Of a stretch of DNA of 64,000 bases, positions 21,887 through 32,227 are shown piece by piece. This DNA comes from Dehalococcoidia bacterium (lineage in GTDB: Bacteria > Chloroflexota > Dehalococcoidia > UBA2979). The notes beneath the pieces were generated by a model. The model searched no databases, was not told the DNA's origin, and was given only the letters and a program-made list of their open reading frames with translations. Position numbers and translations under genes: made by a program. The stretch's first letter is position 1; each line of letters opens with the position of its first letter. The stretch is from positions 256,001 to 320,000 of the forward strand of contig CAXXDN010000001.1 in the NCBI GenBank assembly GCA_963667465.2, in the 5' to 3' direction.

Positions 21887-22684
21887 CTAGTAGTGGATCG
21901 CCGTGCCGGAGCCGCCGCCCGTGGCGATCGCGTCGCCGTTGATCGAGATCGACTTCGGCGAGGCGAGGAAGGCGACGACGTAGGCGACCTCGCGCGCGTC
22001 CACGAGGTGGCGGATCGAGTTGCCCTCGGCGAGGCGGCGCTCGGTCTCCTCCTCCGGGACGCCCGCCGCGACCCGCGCGGCGATCAGCTCCGTGGTGCGC
22101 TCGGTTCGGGTGCCGCCGGGGTGGACGACGGTGACGTTGATGCCGTGCGGGCCGAGTTCGTCCGCCAGGTTCTTCGTCAGTGCGGCAACGCCGACGTTGC
22201 GGATACTGCCCGAGGTGTTGCCGCTGCGCCGCGCGCCGAGGCCGGAGATGTTGACGATCCGGCCCCAGCCCTGCTCCCGCATGATCGGCGCCACCGCCCG
22301 CGCGGTACGCAGGTAGCCCAGCACCTTCACCTCGATGTCCGCGCGCACATGGTCGTCGGTCAGCTCGTCGAGCGGAACGGGCGGAAGCGCACTGCCCGGC
22401 GAGGCGGCGTTGTTGACGAGAATGTCGACGCGCCCGAACGCCTCATGCGCGGCCTGCACCATCGCCTGCACCGAGGCGGCGTCGGAGGTGTCCGCGGTCA
22501 GCGCCAGCACGCGCCGGCCGCTCTCCCCGGCGATCTCGGCGGCGGTCGCCTCCAGCGCCTCGCGCCCGCGCGCGACGGCTGCGACGTCGGCGCCCTCGAG
22601 GGCTAGTTCGCGCGCCACCGCCTTGCCGATACCGCGGCTCGCGCCCGTGACGATCGCGACCTTCCCCGTCAGTTCCAGATCCAT
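21887..22684 (-). CDS. SDR-family oxidoreductase
   Basis: VTGASRGIG, DILVNNAA; atypical active site (SxxN in place of YxxxK). Confidence 0.88.
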   Translation of the reverse strand: MDLELTGKVAIVTGASRGIGKAVARELALEGADVAAVARGREALEATAAEIAGESGRRVLALTADTSDAASVQAMVQAAHEAFGRVDILVNNAASPGSALPPVPLDELTDDHVRADIEVKVLGYLRTARAVAPIMREQGWGRIVNISGLGARRSGNTSGSIRNVGVAALTKNLADELGPHGINVTVVHPGGTRTERTTELIAARVAAGVPEEETERRLAEGNSIRHLVDAREVAYVVAFLASPKSISINGDAIATGGGSGTAIHY

Positions 22685-22807
22685 GCCGTGCCTCCCGCCT
22701 CGCGTAGTTGCTCGCGCCGCCGCGCATCGTACGCCGCGCGGCGAGGGCCGGTGTATCCTCGCCGCAATGCGGGCAGCGCGCCCGCGTGGCCCGGGAGGGC
22801 GAGGCGC

Positions 22808-24010
22808 ATGACGACGCAGACACGCGGGCGGGGCGCCGTCTTCCTCTCGGGCGTACGCAGCGGCTTCGGCAGCTTCGGCGGCTCGCTCAAGGACCTCAGC
22901 GCGACGCAGCTCGGCGCCACCATCGCCCGCGACGCGATCGCCGCCTCCGGCGCGTCCGCCGAGGAGTTCGACCACGTCGTCTTCGGCAACGTCCAGCAGA
23001 CCTCCTCGGATGCGATCTACCTCGCGCGCCACATCGGCCTCGAGGCGGGGCTGCCGATCGAGACGCCCGCGCTGACCGTGAACCGGCTCTGCGGCTCCGG
23101 CTTCGAGGCGATCACGCAGGGCGCACAGCAGATCATGCTCGGCCGCTCCGAACTGGTGCTCGCCGGCGGGACCGAGTCGATGAGCCAGGCGCCGCATGTC
23201 GTGCGGGGCGCGCGCTGGGGCCTGCGCCTCGCCGCGCAGGCGGAGCTTGAGGACTCGCTCTGGGAGTGCCTCAGCGACCGCTACTGCGGCCTCTCGATGG
23301 GCGAGACGGCCGACAACCTCGCGCAGCGCTACGAGCTCGACCGCGACGAGGTCGACGAGGTCGCCCTCGGCTCGCAGCAGCGCGCCCGACAGGCCTGGGA
23401 GGATGGCGTCTTCGACGACGAGGTGACGTCGATCATGGTCGGCCGGCGCGGCCGCGAGACCGAGTTCCGCAGCGACGAGCACATCCGCGCCGACACCACC
23501 CTCGAGACGCTCGGCGGGCTCCCGACGGTCTTCCGCGACGGCGGCGTGAGCACCGCCGGCAACTCCTCCGGCATCTGCGACGGCGCGGCGGCGCTCGTTG
23601 TGGCCAGCGAGGACTACGCAGCAGCCAATGACCTCGAGCCAATCGGGCGGCTCCTCGGCTGGGCGGTGGCCGGGGTGGACCCGGCGCACATGGGCATCGG
23701 ACCCGCGCCCGCGATCCGCGACGTGCTGGAGCAGACCGGCCTGAGCCTCGCCGACATGGACCTGATCGAGGTGAACGAAGCGTTCGCGGCGCAGTACCTT
23801 GCGGTCGAGCGAGAGCTGGGCCTGGACCGCGAGCGGACGAACGTGCACGGCGGCGCGATCGCGCTCGGGCACCCGGTCGGCGCGAGCGGCGCGCGCATCA
23901 CGGCGCACCTGCTGCACGCGCTGCGCCGCGAGGGCAAGCGCTACGGCCTCGGCTCGGCCTGCATCGGCGGCGGCCAGGGCGCTGCGCTGATCGTCGAGGC
24001 GTTCAACTAA
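22808..24010 (+). CDS. Acetyl-CoA C-acyltransferase (thiolase)
   Basis: [38 protein letters not shown]. Confidence 0.95.
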   Translation: MTTQTRGRGAVFLSGVRSGFGSFGGSLKDLSATQLGATIARDAIAASGASAEEFDHVVFGNVQQTSSDAIYLARHIGLEAGLPIETPALTVNRLCGSGFEAITQGAQQIMLGRSELVLAGGTESMSQAPHVVRGARWGLRLAAQAELEDSLWECLSDRYCGLSMGETADNLAQRYELDRDEVDEVALGSQQRARQAWEDGVFDDEVTSIMVGRRGRETEFRSDEHIRADTTLETLGGLPTVFRDGGVSTAGNSSGICDGAAALVVASEDYAAANDLEPIGRLLGWAVAGVDPAHMGIGPAPAIRDVLEQTGLSLADMDLIEVNEAFAAQYLAVERELGLDRERTNVHGGAIALGHPVGASGARITAHLLHALRREGKRYGLGSACIGGGQGAALIVEAFN

Positions 24011-24044
24011 CCGGCGCATCCGGCGCGGGTCACGTAGCAGGAGG

Positions 24045-24944
24045 ATGAAGATGGCGGAGAGCGGCGTTCGCAGCGTCGGAGTGCTCGGCTGCGGGCAGAT
24101 GGGCGGCGGCATCGCCCAGGTCTGCGCCACGGCCGGCTTCGACACCCACGTACGCGAGGCCGGCGCCGAGCCGCTCGAGCGCGGCATGGCCTCGATCCTC
24201 CGCGCGCTCGACTCGACCGCCGGGCGCGGCCGCCTGTCCGCCGAGGACCGCGCCGCCATCGAGGGGCGGCTCCATCCGACGACCGACCTCGCCGACCTCG
24301 CCGGGTGCGACATCGTGATCGAGGCGGTCACCGAGGATCTCGACCTCAAGTGCGCCGTCTGGCGCGAGGCGGACGCCGCCGTGCAGGCGGACGCCGTCTT
24401 CGCCTCGAACACCTCGAGCCTGACGATCGCGGCAATGGCCGGGTCGACCGGGCGACCGGACCGCTTCGTGGGGATGCACTTCTTTTTCCCCGTGCCGGCG
24501 ATGCGGCTGGTCGAGGTGGTGCGCACGGTCACGACCTCGGACGCAGCGTTCGAGCGCGCGGCGGCGTTCGCGAGCGCGATCGGCAAGGAACCGATCGCGG
24601 CGAAGGACCAGTCCGGCTTCACCGTGAATCTGCTGCTGGTGCCCTACCTGCTGGACGCGATCCGCGCGCTGGAGCGCGGCGTCGCCAGCACCGAGGACAT
24701 CGATCGCGGGATGCAGCTCGGTTGCGGCCACCCGATGGGCCCGCTCGCGCTCTGCGACCTCGTGGGGCTCGACGTGCTGCACCGGGTGGCGGAGTACATG
24801 TACGCGGAGCACCGGGAAACACGCTACGCGCCGCCGCCGCTGCTCACGCGGATGACGCTGGTGGGGCTGCAGGGCCGCAAGAGTGGCCGCGGCTTCTACG
24901 ACTACTCGACGGACCCGCCGGCGTCGCTCGGGCTTGGGGTGTAG
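24045..24944 (+). CDS. 3-hydroxybutyryl/3-hydroxyacyl-CoA dehydrogenase
   Basis: GCGQMGGGIA, EAVTE, SNTSSL, GMHFF, HPMGP. Confidence 0.93.
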   Translation: MKMAESGVRSVGVLGCGQMGGGIAQVCATAGFDTHVREAGAEPLERGMASILRALDSTAGRGRLSAEDRAAIEGRLHPTTDLADLAGCDIVIEAVTEDLDLKCAVWREADAAVQADAVFASNTSSLTIAAMAGSTGRPDRFVGMHFFFPVPAMRLVEVVRTVTTSDAAFERAAAFASAIGKEPIAAKDQSGFTVNLLLVPYLLDAIRALERGVASTEDIDRGMQLGCGHPMGPLALCDLVGLDVLHRVAEYMYAEHRETRYAPPPLLTRMTLVGLQGRKSGRGFYDYSTDPPASLGLGV

Positions 24945-24957
24945 GGTCCGGCGCGCC

Positions 24958-26232
24958 TCAGTCCGTCCGCGCGCCCTCGAAGCGTAGCTGCGGCAGCCGC
25001 GAGACGATGGCGAAGAACAGCACGCTGAGCCCGAACGAGCAGCTGAACATCACCAGCGCGAGGTCGTAGCTGCCCGTCACGTCGAAGATGTAGCCGGCGA
25101 CCACCGGGCTGATGACCAGCCCCGCCTCCTCGACCACGAACATCGCGCCGAGCAGCGTCGCGAAGTGGGCGAGACCGAACATCCTCGTCAGCAGCATCGC
25201 TTCGATGATCGGGCCACCACCCGTGCCGCAGACCCAGAGCACCACGAACAGCGCGATGCCGACCGCGCCCGAGTCCAGCAGCAGGGCGATCAGCGCGCTC
25301 GCGAGACAGGCGCACATCGCGATCACCAGGTACTCGAAGCGTCGCACCCGGTCCGCGATGAGCCCGAAGGCCAGCCGCGAGCCGATCCCCAGCCCCGCCA
25401 TGGCCGAGACGATCAACGCTGCATTTCCTCGCGGCACGCCGAGCGAGACGTAGAGCGGGATCTGATGCACCAGCATCCCGAACATGCCGAAGAACAGGAA
25501 CGTGAACCCGAGCGCGACCAGCCAGAAGTGCGGCGTTGCCAGCGCCGCCCGCAGCGTCAGCCCGCCGTGCCTCACGGCGGGCGTCACCGTACCGGGAGCC
25601 ACGGCCTCGCCATCCGGCAGGGAGCCAACGTCCGAGGGATCATTGCGCACCAGCAGCACGCCGAGTGGCACGAACAGCGCCACGATCACGAGGCCCGAGA
25701 CGACGAACGAGGCATTCCAGCCAAGCGAGTCGATGATCGCCCGCATCGCCGGGACGACGACGACACCACCGAGCGCGAATCCCGTCCCGAGGATGCTGAG
25801 CGCCATGCCGCGCCGACGATCGAACCACCTCGACATGAGCGCCTGGAAGGGGATGAAGAACATCATCTGGCGGAATACGCCGTTGACCGCCGAGTAGGCG
25901 TACCACTGCCACAGCTCGCTCGTCGTCGCGAGCAGGCCGTAGCTCAGCGCCGTGGTGACCGCGCCGAAGAGAATCACCTGGCGCGGCCCGCGCGCGTCGA
26001 TCCAGCGCCCGGTCAGCGGACCGGACAGGCCACCCGTGAGCAGCCCCAGCGAGAGGCCGCCGGAGACCTCGCCGCGCGACCAGCCGAACTGCGACTCGAG
26101 CGGCTCGATGTAGAGGCCGAACGCCCAGAACGAGACGCCGCTGCCGAGCGCCATCGCGGCGATCGAGCCCGCGAGCAGCCACCAGCCGTAGTAGACCCGC
26201 CGCAGCCGCTGCAGCCGCCACGCGATGCTCAT
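24958..26232 (-). CDS. MFS transporter
   Basis: YYGW N-terminus, GRWIDARGPR motif A, about 12 TM segments. Confidence 0.9.
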   Translation of the reverse strand: MSIAWRLQRLRRVYYGWWLLAGSIAAMALGSGVSFWAFGLYIEPLESQFGWSRGEVSGGLSLGLLTGGLSGPLTGRWIDARGPRQVILFGAVTTALSYGLLATTSELWQWYAYSAVNGVFRQMMFFIPFQALMSRWFDRRRGMALSILGTGFALGGVVVVPAMRAIIDSLGWNASFVVSGLVIVALFVPLGVLLVRNDPSDVGSLPDGEAVAPGTVTPAVRHGGLTLRAALATPHFWLVALGFTFLFFGMFGMLVHQIPLYVSLGVPRGNAALIVSAMAGLGIGSRLAFGLIADRVRRFEYLVIAMCACLASALIALLLDSGAVGIALFVVLWVCGTGGGPIIEAMLLTRMFGLAHFATLLGAMFVVEEAGLVISPVVAGYIFDVTGSYDLALVMFSCSFGLSVLFFAIVSRLPQLRFEGARTD

Positions 26233-26263
26233 CGCGCTCCCGTGGCGCGCCCGTGCGCGCCGG

Positions 26264-27358
26264 CTAGTTCAGCTCGAGGATCGAGCGGCCTGAGATCTCG
26301 CCGCGCTCGAGCGCGGCGGTTGCCTCGCTGATGGCGTCGAGCGGGTAGCGCGCGGTCACGAGCGCGTCGAGGTCCAGTTCGCCCTCGTGGTACCAGCGCA
26401 GGAACATCGGGAAGTCGCGGTCCGGCCGGCAGGAGCCGCCGATGCTGCCGATGTACTTTTTCTCGGCGATCAGCATGTCGCGCGCATCGAGCTCCACCGG
26501 CGTCTGCGGCACGCCGACGAGCACGGCCGTCCCGCCGCTGCTGCGGCCGATCACGCCACCGCGCACCGCCGGCATGATCTGCTCCATCGTCTGGCGCACG
26601 CCGATGCAGTCGAAGGCGTAGTCGACGCCGCTGACCGGCTCTCCGTTGAGCCTCAGTTGATCGGGCCGCGCCGTGAGCTCGTGGATGCGCTCGACAGGGT
26701 CGGCCTCGGAGGCGTTGACGCCGATCGTCGCGCCGAAACGCTTCGCGAAGTCCAGCTTCTCCTCGTTGAGATCGACGGCGATGATCGGGTCCGCGCCGAC
26801 GACCGCGGCGGCGGTGATCGCCGAGAGGCCGACGCCGCCGACGCCGAACACGGCGACGCTCTCGCCGCGCTGTACGCCGGCCGTGTGGTAGACGGCCCCG
26901 GCGCCGGTCATCACCGCGCAGCCGATGATCGCGGTCACGTCGGTAGGCGCGTCGTCGGGCATCGGGACGATGAACTGCTCGTCGGCGATGGTGTGGTCGG
27001 CCCAGGTGAAGGTGTTCTGCGAGTAGGCAACGCTGCCGTCGCCGAGCGTGAGGGTGGCCATCTCCGGCAGGCGCGCTGCCTCGGGGTCGCGCACCACCCA
27101 GGTGACCATCACGCGGTCGCCCTCGCGAACGTGGCTCACCGCGGAGCCGGTGGCGAGGACGACACCCGTCGACTCGTGGCCGAGCAGCTGCTGCCGCTCT
27201 CGAGGGCCATGCAGCTGGTGCAGCTGGGAGTGGCAGACGCCGCTCGCGAGCTGCCTGACGACGACCTGGTGCGGCCCGGGGTCGGGCAGCTCGACCTCCT
27301 CGATGCGCAGCGGGCCGGGGCCCTGCGGGCAGACGACGACTCGGGCTGGAGTGGGCAT
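26264..27358 (-). CDS. Zn-dependent (MDR) alcohol dehydrogenase lacking the structural-Zn cysteines
   Basis: GVCHSQ, LGHE, GCAVMTGAG, GVGGVG. Confidence 0.88.
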   Translation of the reverse strand: MPTPARVVVCPQGPGPLRIEEVELPDPGPHQVVVRQLASGVCHSQLHQLHGPRERQQLLGHESTGVVLATGSAVSHVREGDRVMVTWVVRDPEAARLPEMATLTLGDGSVAYSQNTFTWADHTIADEQFIVPMPDDAPTDVTAIIGCAVMTGAGAVYHTAGVQRGESVAVFGVGGVGLSAITAAAVVGADPIIAVDLNEEKLDFAKRFGATIGVNASEADPVERIHELTARPDQLRLNGEPVSGVDYAFDCIGVRQTMEQIMPAVRGGVIGRSSGGTAVLVGVPQTPVELDARDMLIAEKKYIGSIGGSCRPDRDFPMFLRWYHEGELDLDALVTARYPLDAISEATAALERGEISGRSILELN

Positions 27359-27454
27359 GTCACGCCTCCGTGCTCTTCGCGGGGCCATGGTAGCGGTTGG
27401 CCGCGGTTGGATGAGCACGTGACCGGGAGACTGCATGGGCCGCATCATGTCTTC

Positions 27455-27694
27455 ATGGGTACAGCGGAAGACGAGCGCGACCCCGAGCCCGCGCGCGGGC
27501 GGCTGCGCGATGAGTCAGATTCGGAGACCGGCGCGGGCGCGCCGCGCCCCCCGTTCCGCGTGCGTCCCATGAGCGGCGGACTCGGGCCTGACCTCGATCC
27601 CTCGGATCCCAAGGCTGTCAAGAATCTCCTGAACGAACTCGACGACGAGCGCTACTTCGAAGTGCTGCGGCGCTCCGGCTCCCGCGAAGAGTGA
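27455..27694 (+). CDS. Small protein resembling an orphan or truncated VapB antitoxin
   Basis: PPFRVRPMSGGLGPDLD...LLNELDDE resembles antitoxin C-termini; no PIN gene follows. Confidence 0.45.
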   Translation: MGTAEDERDPEPARGRLRDESDSETGAGAPRPPFRVRPMSGGLGPDLDPSDPKAVKNLLNELDDERYFEVLRRSGSREE

Positions 27695-27727
27695 CCTCGG
27701 ACCCTTCACCCGCCCCAGCCCGCCTCC

Positions 27728-28975
27728 CTAGATCACTCCGTCGCGGCGCAGCGCCTCGAGCTCGTCCGCAGCGAGGCCGAGGGCGCCGTAGACCTCGGCG
27801 TTGTGTTCGCCGGTGAGCGGGGCGCGGCGAGTCGCGCCGAGCGGGGTCTCGGACCAGATGCCCCAGGCGCCGGAGTAGCGGAAGCGCTCACCAAGCTCGG
27901 GGTGCTCGATCTCCTGCCAGTAGCCGCGGTCCTCCCAGTGCGGGTCGGGGAGGATCTCGTCGAGGCTGCGTACCGCGCCCCAGGCGTGCCCGCGCTCCTG
28001 CGCGCCCCGGTAGGCCTCCTCGGCGGGCACATTCGGGAAGAAGTCACGCAGCACGTCGCTGATGTGGTTCTGCTCCTCCACGATCTGCTGCTGGTCGGCG
28101 AAACGCTCGTCCAGCAGGTCGTCCGCCGCGCCGTACTGGTCCAGCCACTCGCCGATGCTGAGGAGCTGCTCGGGCGAGAGCCGCTGGTTGAACATCGCGT
28201 TCACGTACTTGCCGTCGGCGCACTGGAACTGCGTGCGCGGGCGCGGCAACGACCAGGCGGCGTGGCGGCCCGTCTGCCGCCGCAGCTCGCGCCCGGTGGC
28301 GAAGTAGATCGGCACCGCCATCTCCGTGGTCAGCGCGCAGGCGTCGTGGATCGAGACGTCGAGGAACTGCCCCTCGCCCGTGAACTCACGATCGAGCAGC
28401 GCCGTGGCGATCGCCAGCAGCGCGTAGTGGCCGCCGATGTGCCAGGCGTTGCCCCCACCCGGCGCGATCGGAGGGGCGTCGGGCGCCTCGTCTTCGTCGT
28501 AGCCGGAGGAGGCCATCTGCCCTCCGGCGGCCATGTGCACGAGGTCCGTCGCGATGTAGTCGCGCCACGGCCCGTCCTGCCCGAACGGCGAGAGCGAGCA
28601 GTAGACCAGCTCCGGGTCCGCGCCTCGCAGCTCCTCTGGCCCGAGGCCGAGTGCCGGCAGGGTGCCCGGGCGCGTGGTCTCCAGCAGCACGTCGGCCCCG
28701 CCGACCAGCGTGCGGAACAGCTCCGCGCCGCGCGGGTCCTCGAGGTCCAGCGTGACGCCGCGCTTGCCGCAGTTGTAGTGCCAGAAGGAGAGCGAGCGCT
28801 CGCGGTGCGGCTCGTCGCGGTAGTACGGGCCCACCTCGCGCTCGTCCGAGCCGCCGGGCGGCTCGACCTTGATCACGTCGGCGCCCAGCTCGGCGAGCAG
28901 GCGGCCGCACCAGCGGCTCGCCTCGCCTCCAAGCTCGACGACGCGCAGGTCGGCAAAGGGCAGATCCCCGCTCAT
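27728..28975 (-). CDS. Family III CoA transferase subunit (catalytic Asp apparently absent)
   Basis: LAELGADVIKVEPP, NCGKRG; overlaps the upstream paralog by 4 bp. Confidence 0.88.
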   Translation of the reverse strand: MSGDLPFADLRVVELGGEASRWCGRLLAELGADVIKVEPPGGSDEREVGPYYRDEPHRERSLSFWHYNCGKRGVTLDLEDPRGAELFRTLVGGADVLLETTRPGTLPALGLGPEELRGADPELVYCSLSPFGQDGPWRDYIATDLVHMAAGGQMASSGYDEDEAPDAPPIAPGGGNAWHIGGHYALLAIATALLDREFTGEGQFLDVSIHDACALTTEMAVPIYFATGRELRRQTGRHAAWSLPRPRTQFQCADGKYVNAMFNQRLSPEQLLSIGEWLDQYGAADDLLDERFADQQQIVEEQNHISDVLRDFFPNVPAEEAYRGAQERGHAWGAVRSLDEILPDPHWEDRGYWQEIEHPELGERFRYSGAWGIWSETPLGATRRAPLTGEHNAEVYGALGLAADELEALRRDGVI

Positions 28976-30333
28976 GGCATCTCCTCCGTCCCGGCCTCCG
29001 CGGCCTCGTCGAGCAGGTAGGGCTCGAGCGGCTCGCTCGGCGGCCAGAGCCAGCCGTCCTCGTAGCCGCCGCGCAGCTCCTCCTCGCTCAGGCCGAGCAT
29101 GCCGCACAGCACCTCGCGGTTGTGCTGGCCGGCAAACGGCGCGACGCGCCGCGCCGTGGTCTCGTTCACCGCGGACTGCCACGGCAGGTTCTGGTAGCCC
29201 CGCTCGCCCAGCACCGGGTGATCGTGATGTGTGAAGAGGCCGCGCTCGCGGATCTGCGGGTCGTGCTCGACGCGGTTCTCGTTGCTCTGCACGGGCATCG
29301 CCGGGACGCCAGCCGCCTGGCAGCGCTCGGCCAGCTCGTACTTGCCGAGGGTCAGTGTCCACGCCTCGATCTGTTCGTCGAGCTCCTCCTGGTGCTCAAG
29401 CCGGCCCGCGAGGCCGTCGAAGCGCGCAGCGCCGGCCCAGTCGGGCGAACCCATCGCCTCACGGAGCGCCTGCCAGTCGGCGTCGTCGCGGCAGACGATG
29501 GCGCACCAGTCGTTGTAGCCGCCGCCCTTCGTGCGGTAGGCGTTGTGCGGTGCGGCGATGGCGCCGCGGTAGTTGTGCAGCAGCGGCGTGCCGGGCCAGT
29601 GCGCGCGGTTGCCGGGCGGGAAGCCCTCGCGGCGGGCGGGCCGCCCGTTCACCGTCGCGTCGAGGATCGCGGAGCCCGCGAGGCCGATCCCAAGCCCGGC
29701 CTGCGAAACATCGATGTGCTGGCCGCGCCCGGTGCGCCTGCGCTGCCGCAGCGCGCTGAGGATTGCGATCGCGCCGAAGATGCCCCCCGTGTCATCGAGG
29801 TAGGACCAGCCCCAGCCTGCGGGCGGCCGGTCCGGCAACCCGGAGAGAAACGTCAGCCCGGAGAGCGCCTGCGCGCTCGGTCCGAAGGTGCGGTAGGGGT
29901 GATCGCGGCCGCTGTGGCCGAGTCCGGACATTGAGACGTAGACCAGTCCGGGGTTGAGTTCGCGCAGCTGCTCGTAGCCGAGGCCCCAGCGCTGCATCAC
30001 GCGTGAGGTGAAGTTCTCCAGCACCGCGTCGGACTCTGCGAGCAGCCGCCTCAGCAGCTCACGCGCGCGCTCGTCGCGCAGGTTCATCGTGACGCTGCGC
30101 TTGTCCATGTGCTTCTCGACGAACCAGTGATTGCCTTCGAGGCTCGGTACGGCGTCCTCTGGCATCCCGACCGTGGTGAAGCGATCCTGGTGGTGGACCG
30201 TCCCGCGCTGCGGCCACTCCACCTTGATCACGTCCGCCCCGAGCGTCGCGAGGATGCGTGTCGCCCACGGCCCCGCGCGCACCCAGCTGAGGTCGACGAT
30301 GCGCATGCCCTCGAGCGCGAGTCGCTTCGTCAT
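28972..30333 (-). CDS. Family III CoA transferase subunit
   Basis: DLSWVRAGP..LATLGADVIKVE, ENF, WSYLDD. Confidence 0.9.
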   Translation of the reverse strand: MTKRLALEGMRIVDLSWVRAGPWATRILATLGADVIKVEWPQRGTVHHQDRFTTVGMPEDAVPSLEGNHWFVEKHMDKRSVTMNLRDERARELLRRLLAESDAVLENFTSRVMQRWGLGYEQLRELNPGLVYVSMSGLGHSGRDHPYRTFGPSAQALSGLTFLSGLPDRPPAGWGWSYLDDTGGIFGAIAILSALRQRRRTGRGQHIDVSQAGLGIGLAGSAILDATVNGRPARREGFPPGNRAHWPGTPLLHNYRGAIAAPHNAYRTKGGGYNDWCAIVCRDDADWQALREAMGSPDWAGAARFDGLAGRLEHQEELDEQIEAWTLTLGKYELAERCQAAGVPAMPVQSNENRVEHDPQIRERGLFTHHDHPVLGERGYQNLPWQSAVNETTARRVAPFAGQHNREVLCGMLGLSEEELRGGYEDGWLWPPSEPLEPYLLDEAAEAGTEEMP

Positions 30334-30347
30334 GCCGGCGCCTCCGA

Positions 30348-30836
30348 TCACTCCAGCCCGGCGTCGAGCCGCCACACCGTGGCGCCCTCGGGTGTATCGA
30401 GGGCGCGCCAGGCGGGCACGGTGTAGGCGCCGTCCGGCGCTTCCTCCCAGGCGACCTCGACCGCGATGCCCACTCCCGCCGCGTCCTCGCCGTCGAGCAG
30501 CAGCCCGGCCAGGCGCACGGGCTCGCCGTCCTCGTTCGCGCAGTCCGGCAGCTCGACGAGGGCGACGACGTAGGGGGCGGCGGGGCGGAAGGCGGGGAGC
30601 ACCGAGTGCGCGACGACCACGTAGCTGGCGATCACGCCCCGGCCCTCGGCCTCGTGCCAGGTGAGGTCGAAGGAGCGGCAGCGAGGGCAGAGCGGCGCGG
30701 GCGGATACCAGCGCTGCCCGCAGTCGCTGCAGGCCCTCACGAGCAGCCGCTGCTCGCGCGCCGCCGCCCAGAACTCCTCCGAGTCCGGGTCCGGCTGCAG
30801 CGTGATCAGCGAGTAGTCGACGGCTCCCTGCACCAT
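30348..30836 (-). CDS. DUF35 Zn-ribbon/OB-fold protein
   Basis: EFWAAA, CxxC..CPRC, APYVVALVEL. Confidence 0.88.
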   Translation of the reverse strand: MVQGAVDYSLITLQPDPDSEEFWAAAREQRLLVRACSDCGQRWYPPAPLCPRCRSFDLTWHEAEGRGVIASYVVVAHSVLPAFRPAAPYVVALVELPDCANEDGEPVRLAGLLLDGEDAAGVGIAVEVAWEEAPDGAYTVPAWRALDTPEGATVWRLDAGLE

Positions 30837-30852
30837 TGCTCCTCGTACTGCT

Positions 30853-30885
30853 CCTGTCCTGTCCCTGTCCTGTCCCTGTCCTGTC
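30853..30885. repeat. 11-bp tandem repeat x3 (CCTGTCCTGTC)
   Basis: Three exact copies in the spacer between the thiolase-like and DUF35 genes. Confidence 0.85.
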
Positions 30886-30895
30886 CCGGCCGTTC

Positions 30896-32197
30896 CTAGC
30901 GCCGCAGCACCACGGTCCAGCCCTGCTGCGCCCCGCCGCCGCCCGCACAGAAGGCGACGCTCGGCGGGCTCGGGTGCTCGACCGGCTCGCCACGCGCGCG
31001 GCGGCGGCGATCGGCGCGCGCGAGGGCCTGGCGACAGCCCAGCGCGCGGTCATGCGTGTGCTCGCCCTGCCGCCAGCCCTCGCACAGGTCGTCGGTGCGG
31101 CCGCGCAGCTGGCGCGCGCTCTCGATCAGGTAGCCGATGCCGTGCGCATAGCCCTCGGAGAGCTGGCCGCCGTTGGTGTTCTGCGGCAACTCGCCATCGA
31201 GGTGGATACGCCCGCCGCCGACGAAGTCACCGCCCTCGCCCTCGCCGCAGAAGCCGAGCGCCTCCAGGTACATCATCGGAGTGGTGGTGAAGTTGTCGTA
31301 CATCGTCACGATGTCGACGTCCTCGGGGCCGATGCCGGCGCTGCCGAAGGAGCGCTCCCGGACGAACTTGCCCCAGCCCTCGGTCATGTCGGGGCGGCCC
31401 CAGGTCCAGTTCGGGTTATGGGTGGAGGCGCGCGCGCAGCCGCCCATGATGTAGACCGGCGGCTGCTCGAGGTCAGCGGCGCGCTCCGCCGAGGTAACGA
31501 TCAGCGCTCCCGCCACGTCGTTCTCCTGGCAGCAGTCGAGCAGCCGGAACGGCTTGGCGATCCAGCGTGAGTTCTGGTGGTCGTCGATGCTGATCGCCTC
31601 GCTGCGCGTCGCCTTCGGGTTGAGCGTCGCGGCGAAGCGCTGCGTCACGGCGAGGTCGGCCATGTGCCTCGTGTTGTAGCCGTAGCGCTGGAGGTAGGAC
31701 ATCGCCTCGAAAGCGTAAATCGTGGGCGCGCCGCGGATGCCGAACGGAACCTGGTACTGCCCACGTCCCGCGGCGGCGACCGTCTGCGGCCTCGGCGCCT
31801 CGCCGCCGCGCAGCGCGGCGCCGCCGCCCATGCGCAGGCCGGAGCGCCCGTTCATCGAGCGCCAGATTGCCACCGTCTCGCAGTAGCCGGCCTCGATCAG
31901 CGCGATCGACTGCGCGACGAGCTGCCCGATGCTGTTGCCGCCGCCGAGGATGTCGACACCCATGTTGGTGCGGATGCCGAGCGCCGAGGCGACCTCGGCG
32001 TTGCCGCAGGAGTCGCCGGCCGTCGCCTGGTGGCTGGCCAGCCCGTCGATCTCATCGACGGCAAGGCCGGCGTCGGCGGCGGCCGTGACGATCGCCTGGC
32101 AGGCCATCGAGAGCGTCGTGCGGCCGGACCAGCGGGAGTACTCCGTCTCGCCGACGCCGACGATGCAGTAGCGGTCGCGCAGGCCGGATCCCTCCAC
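30896..32197 (-). CDS. Thiolase-like (SCP2/Ltp2-type) protein, probable retro-aldolase
   Basis: IVGVGET, PFRLLDCC, YDNFT and NTNGGQLSEGYAHG; no nucleophilic Cys; followed by DUF35. Confidence 0.85.
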   Translation of the reverse strand: MEGSGLRDRYCIVGVGETEYSRWSGRTTLSMACQAIVTAAADAGLAVDEIDGLASHQATAGDSCGNAEVASALGIRTNMGVDILGGGNSIGQLVAQSIALIEAGYCETVAIWRSMNGRSGLRMGGGAALRGGEAPRPQTVAAAGRGQYQVPFGIRGAPTIYAFEAMSYLQRYGYNTRHMADLAVTQRFAATLNPKATRSEAISIDDHQNSRWIAKPFRLLDCCQENDVAGALIVTSAERAADLEQPPVYIMGGCARASTHNPNWTWGRPDMTEGWGKFVRERSFGSAGIGPEDVDIVTMYDNFTTTPMMYLEALGFCGEGEGGDFVGGGRIHLDGELPQNTNGGQLSEGYAHGIGYLIESARQLRGRTDDLCEGWRQGEHTHDRALGCRQALARADRRRRARGEPVEHPSPPSVAFCAGGGGAQQGWTVVLRR

Positions 32198-32227
32198 CGC
32201 CGCTGCCCTCCCCGTGCCCCGAGGGCG

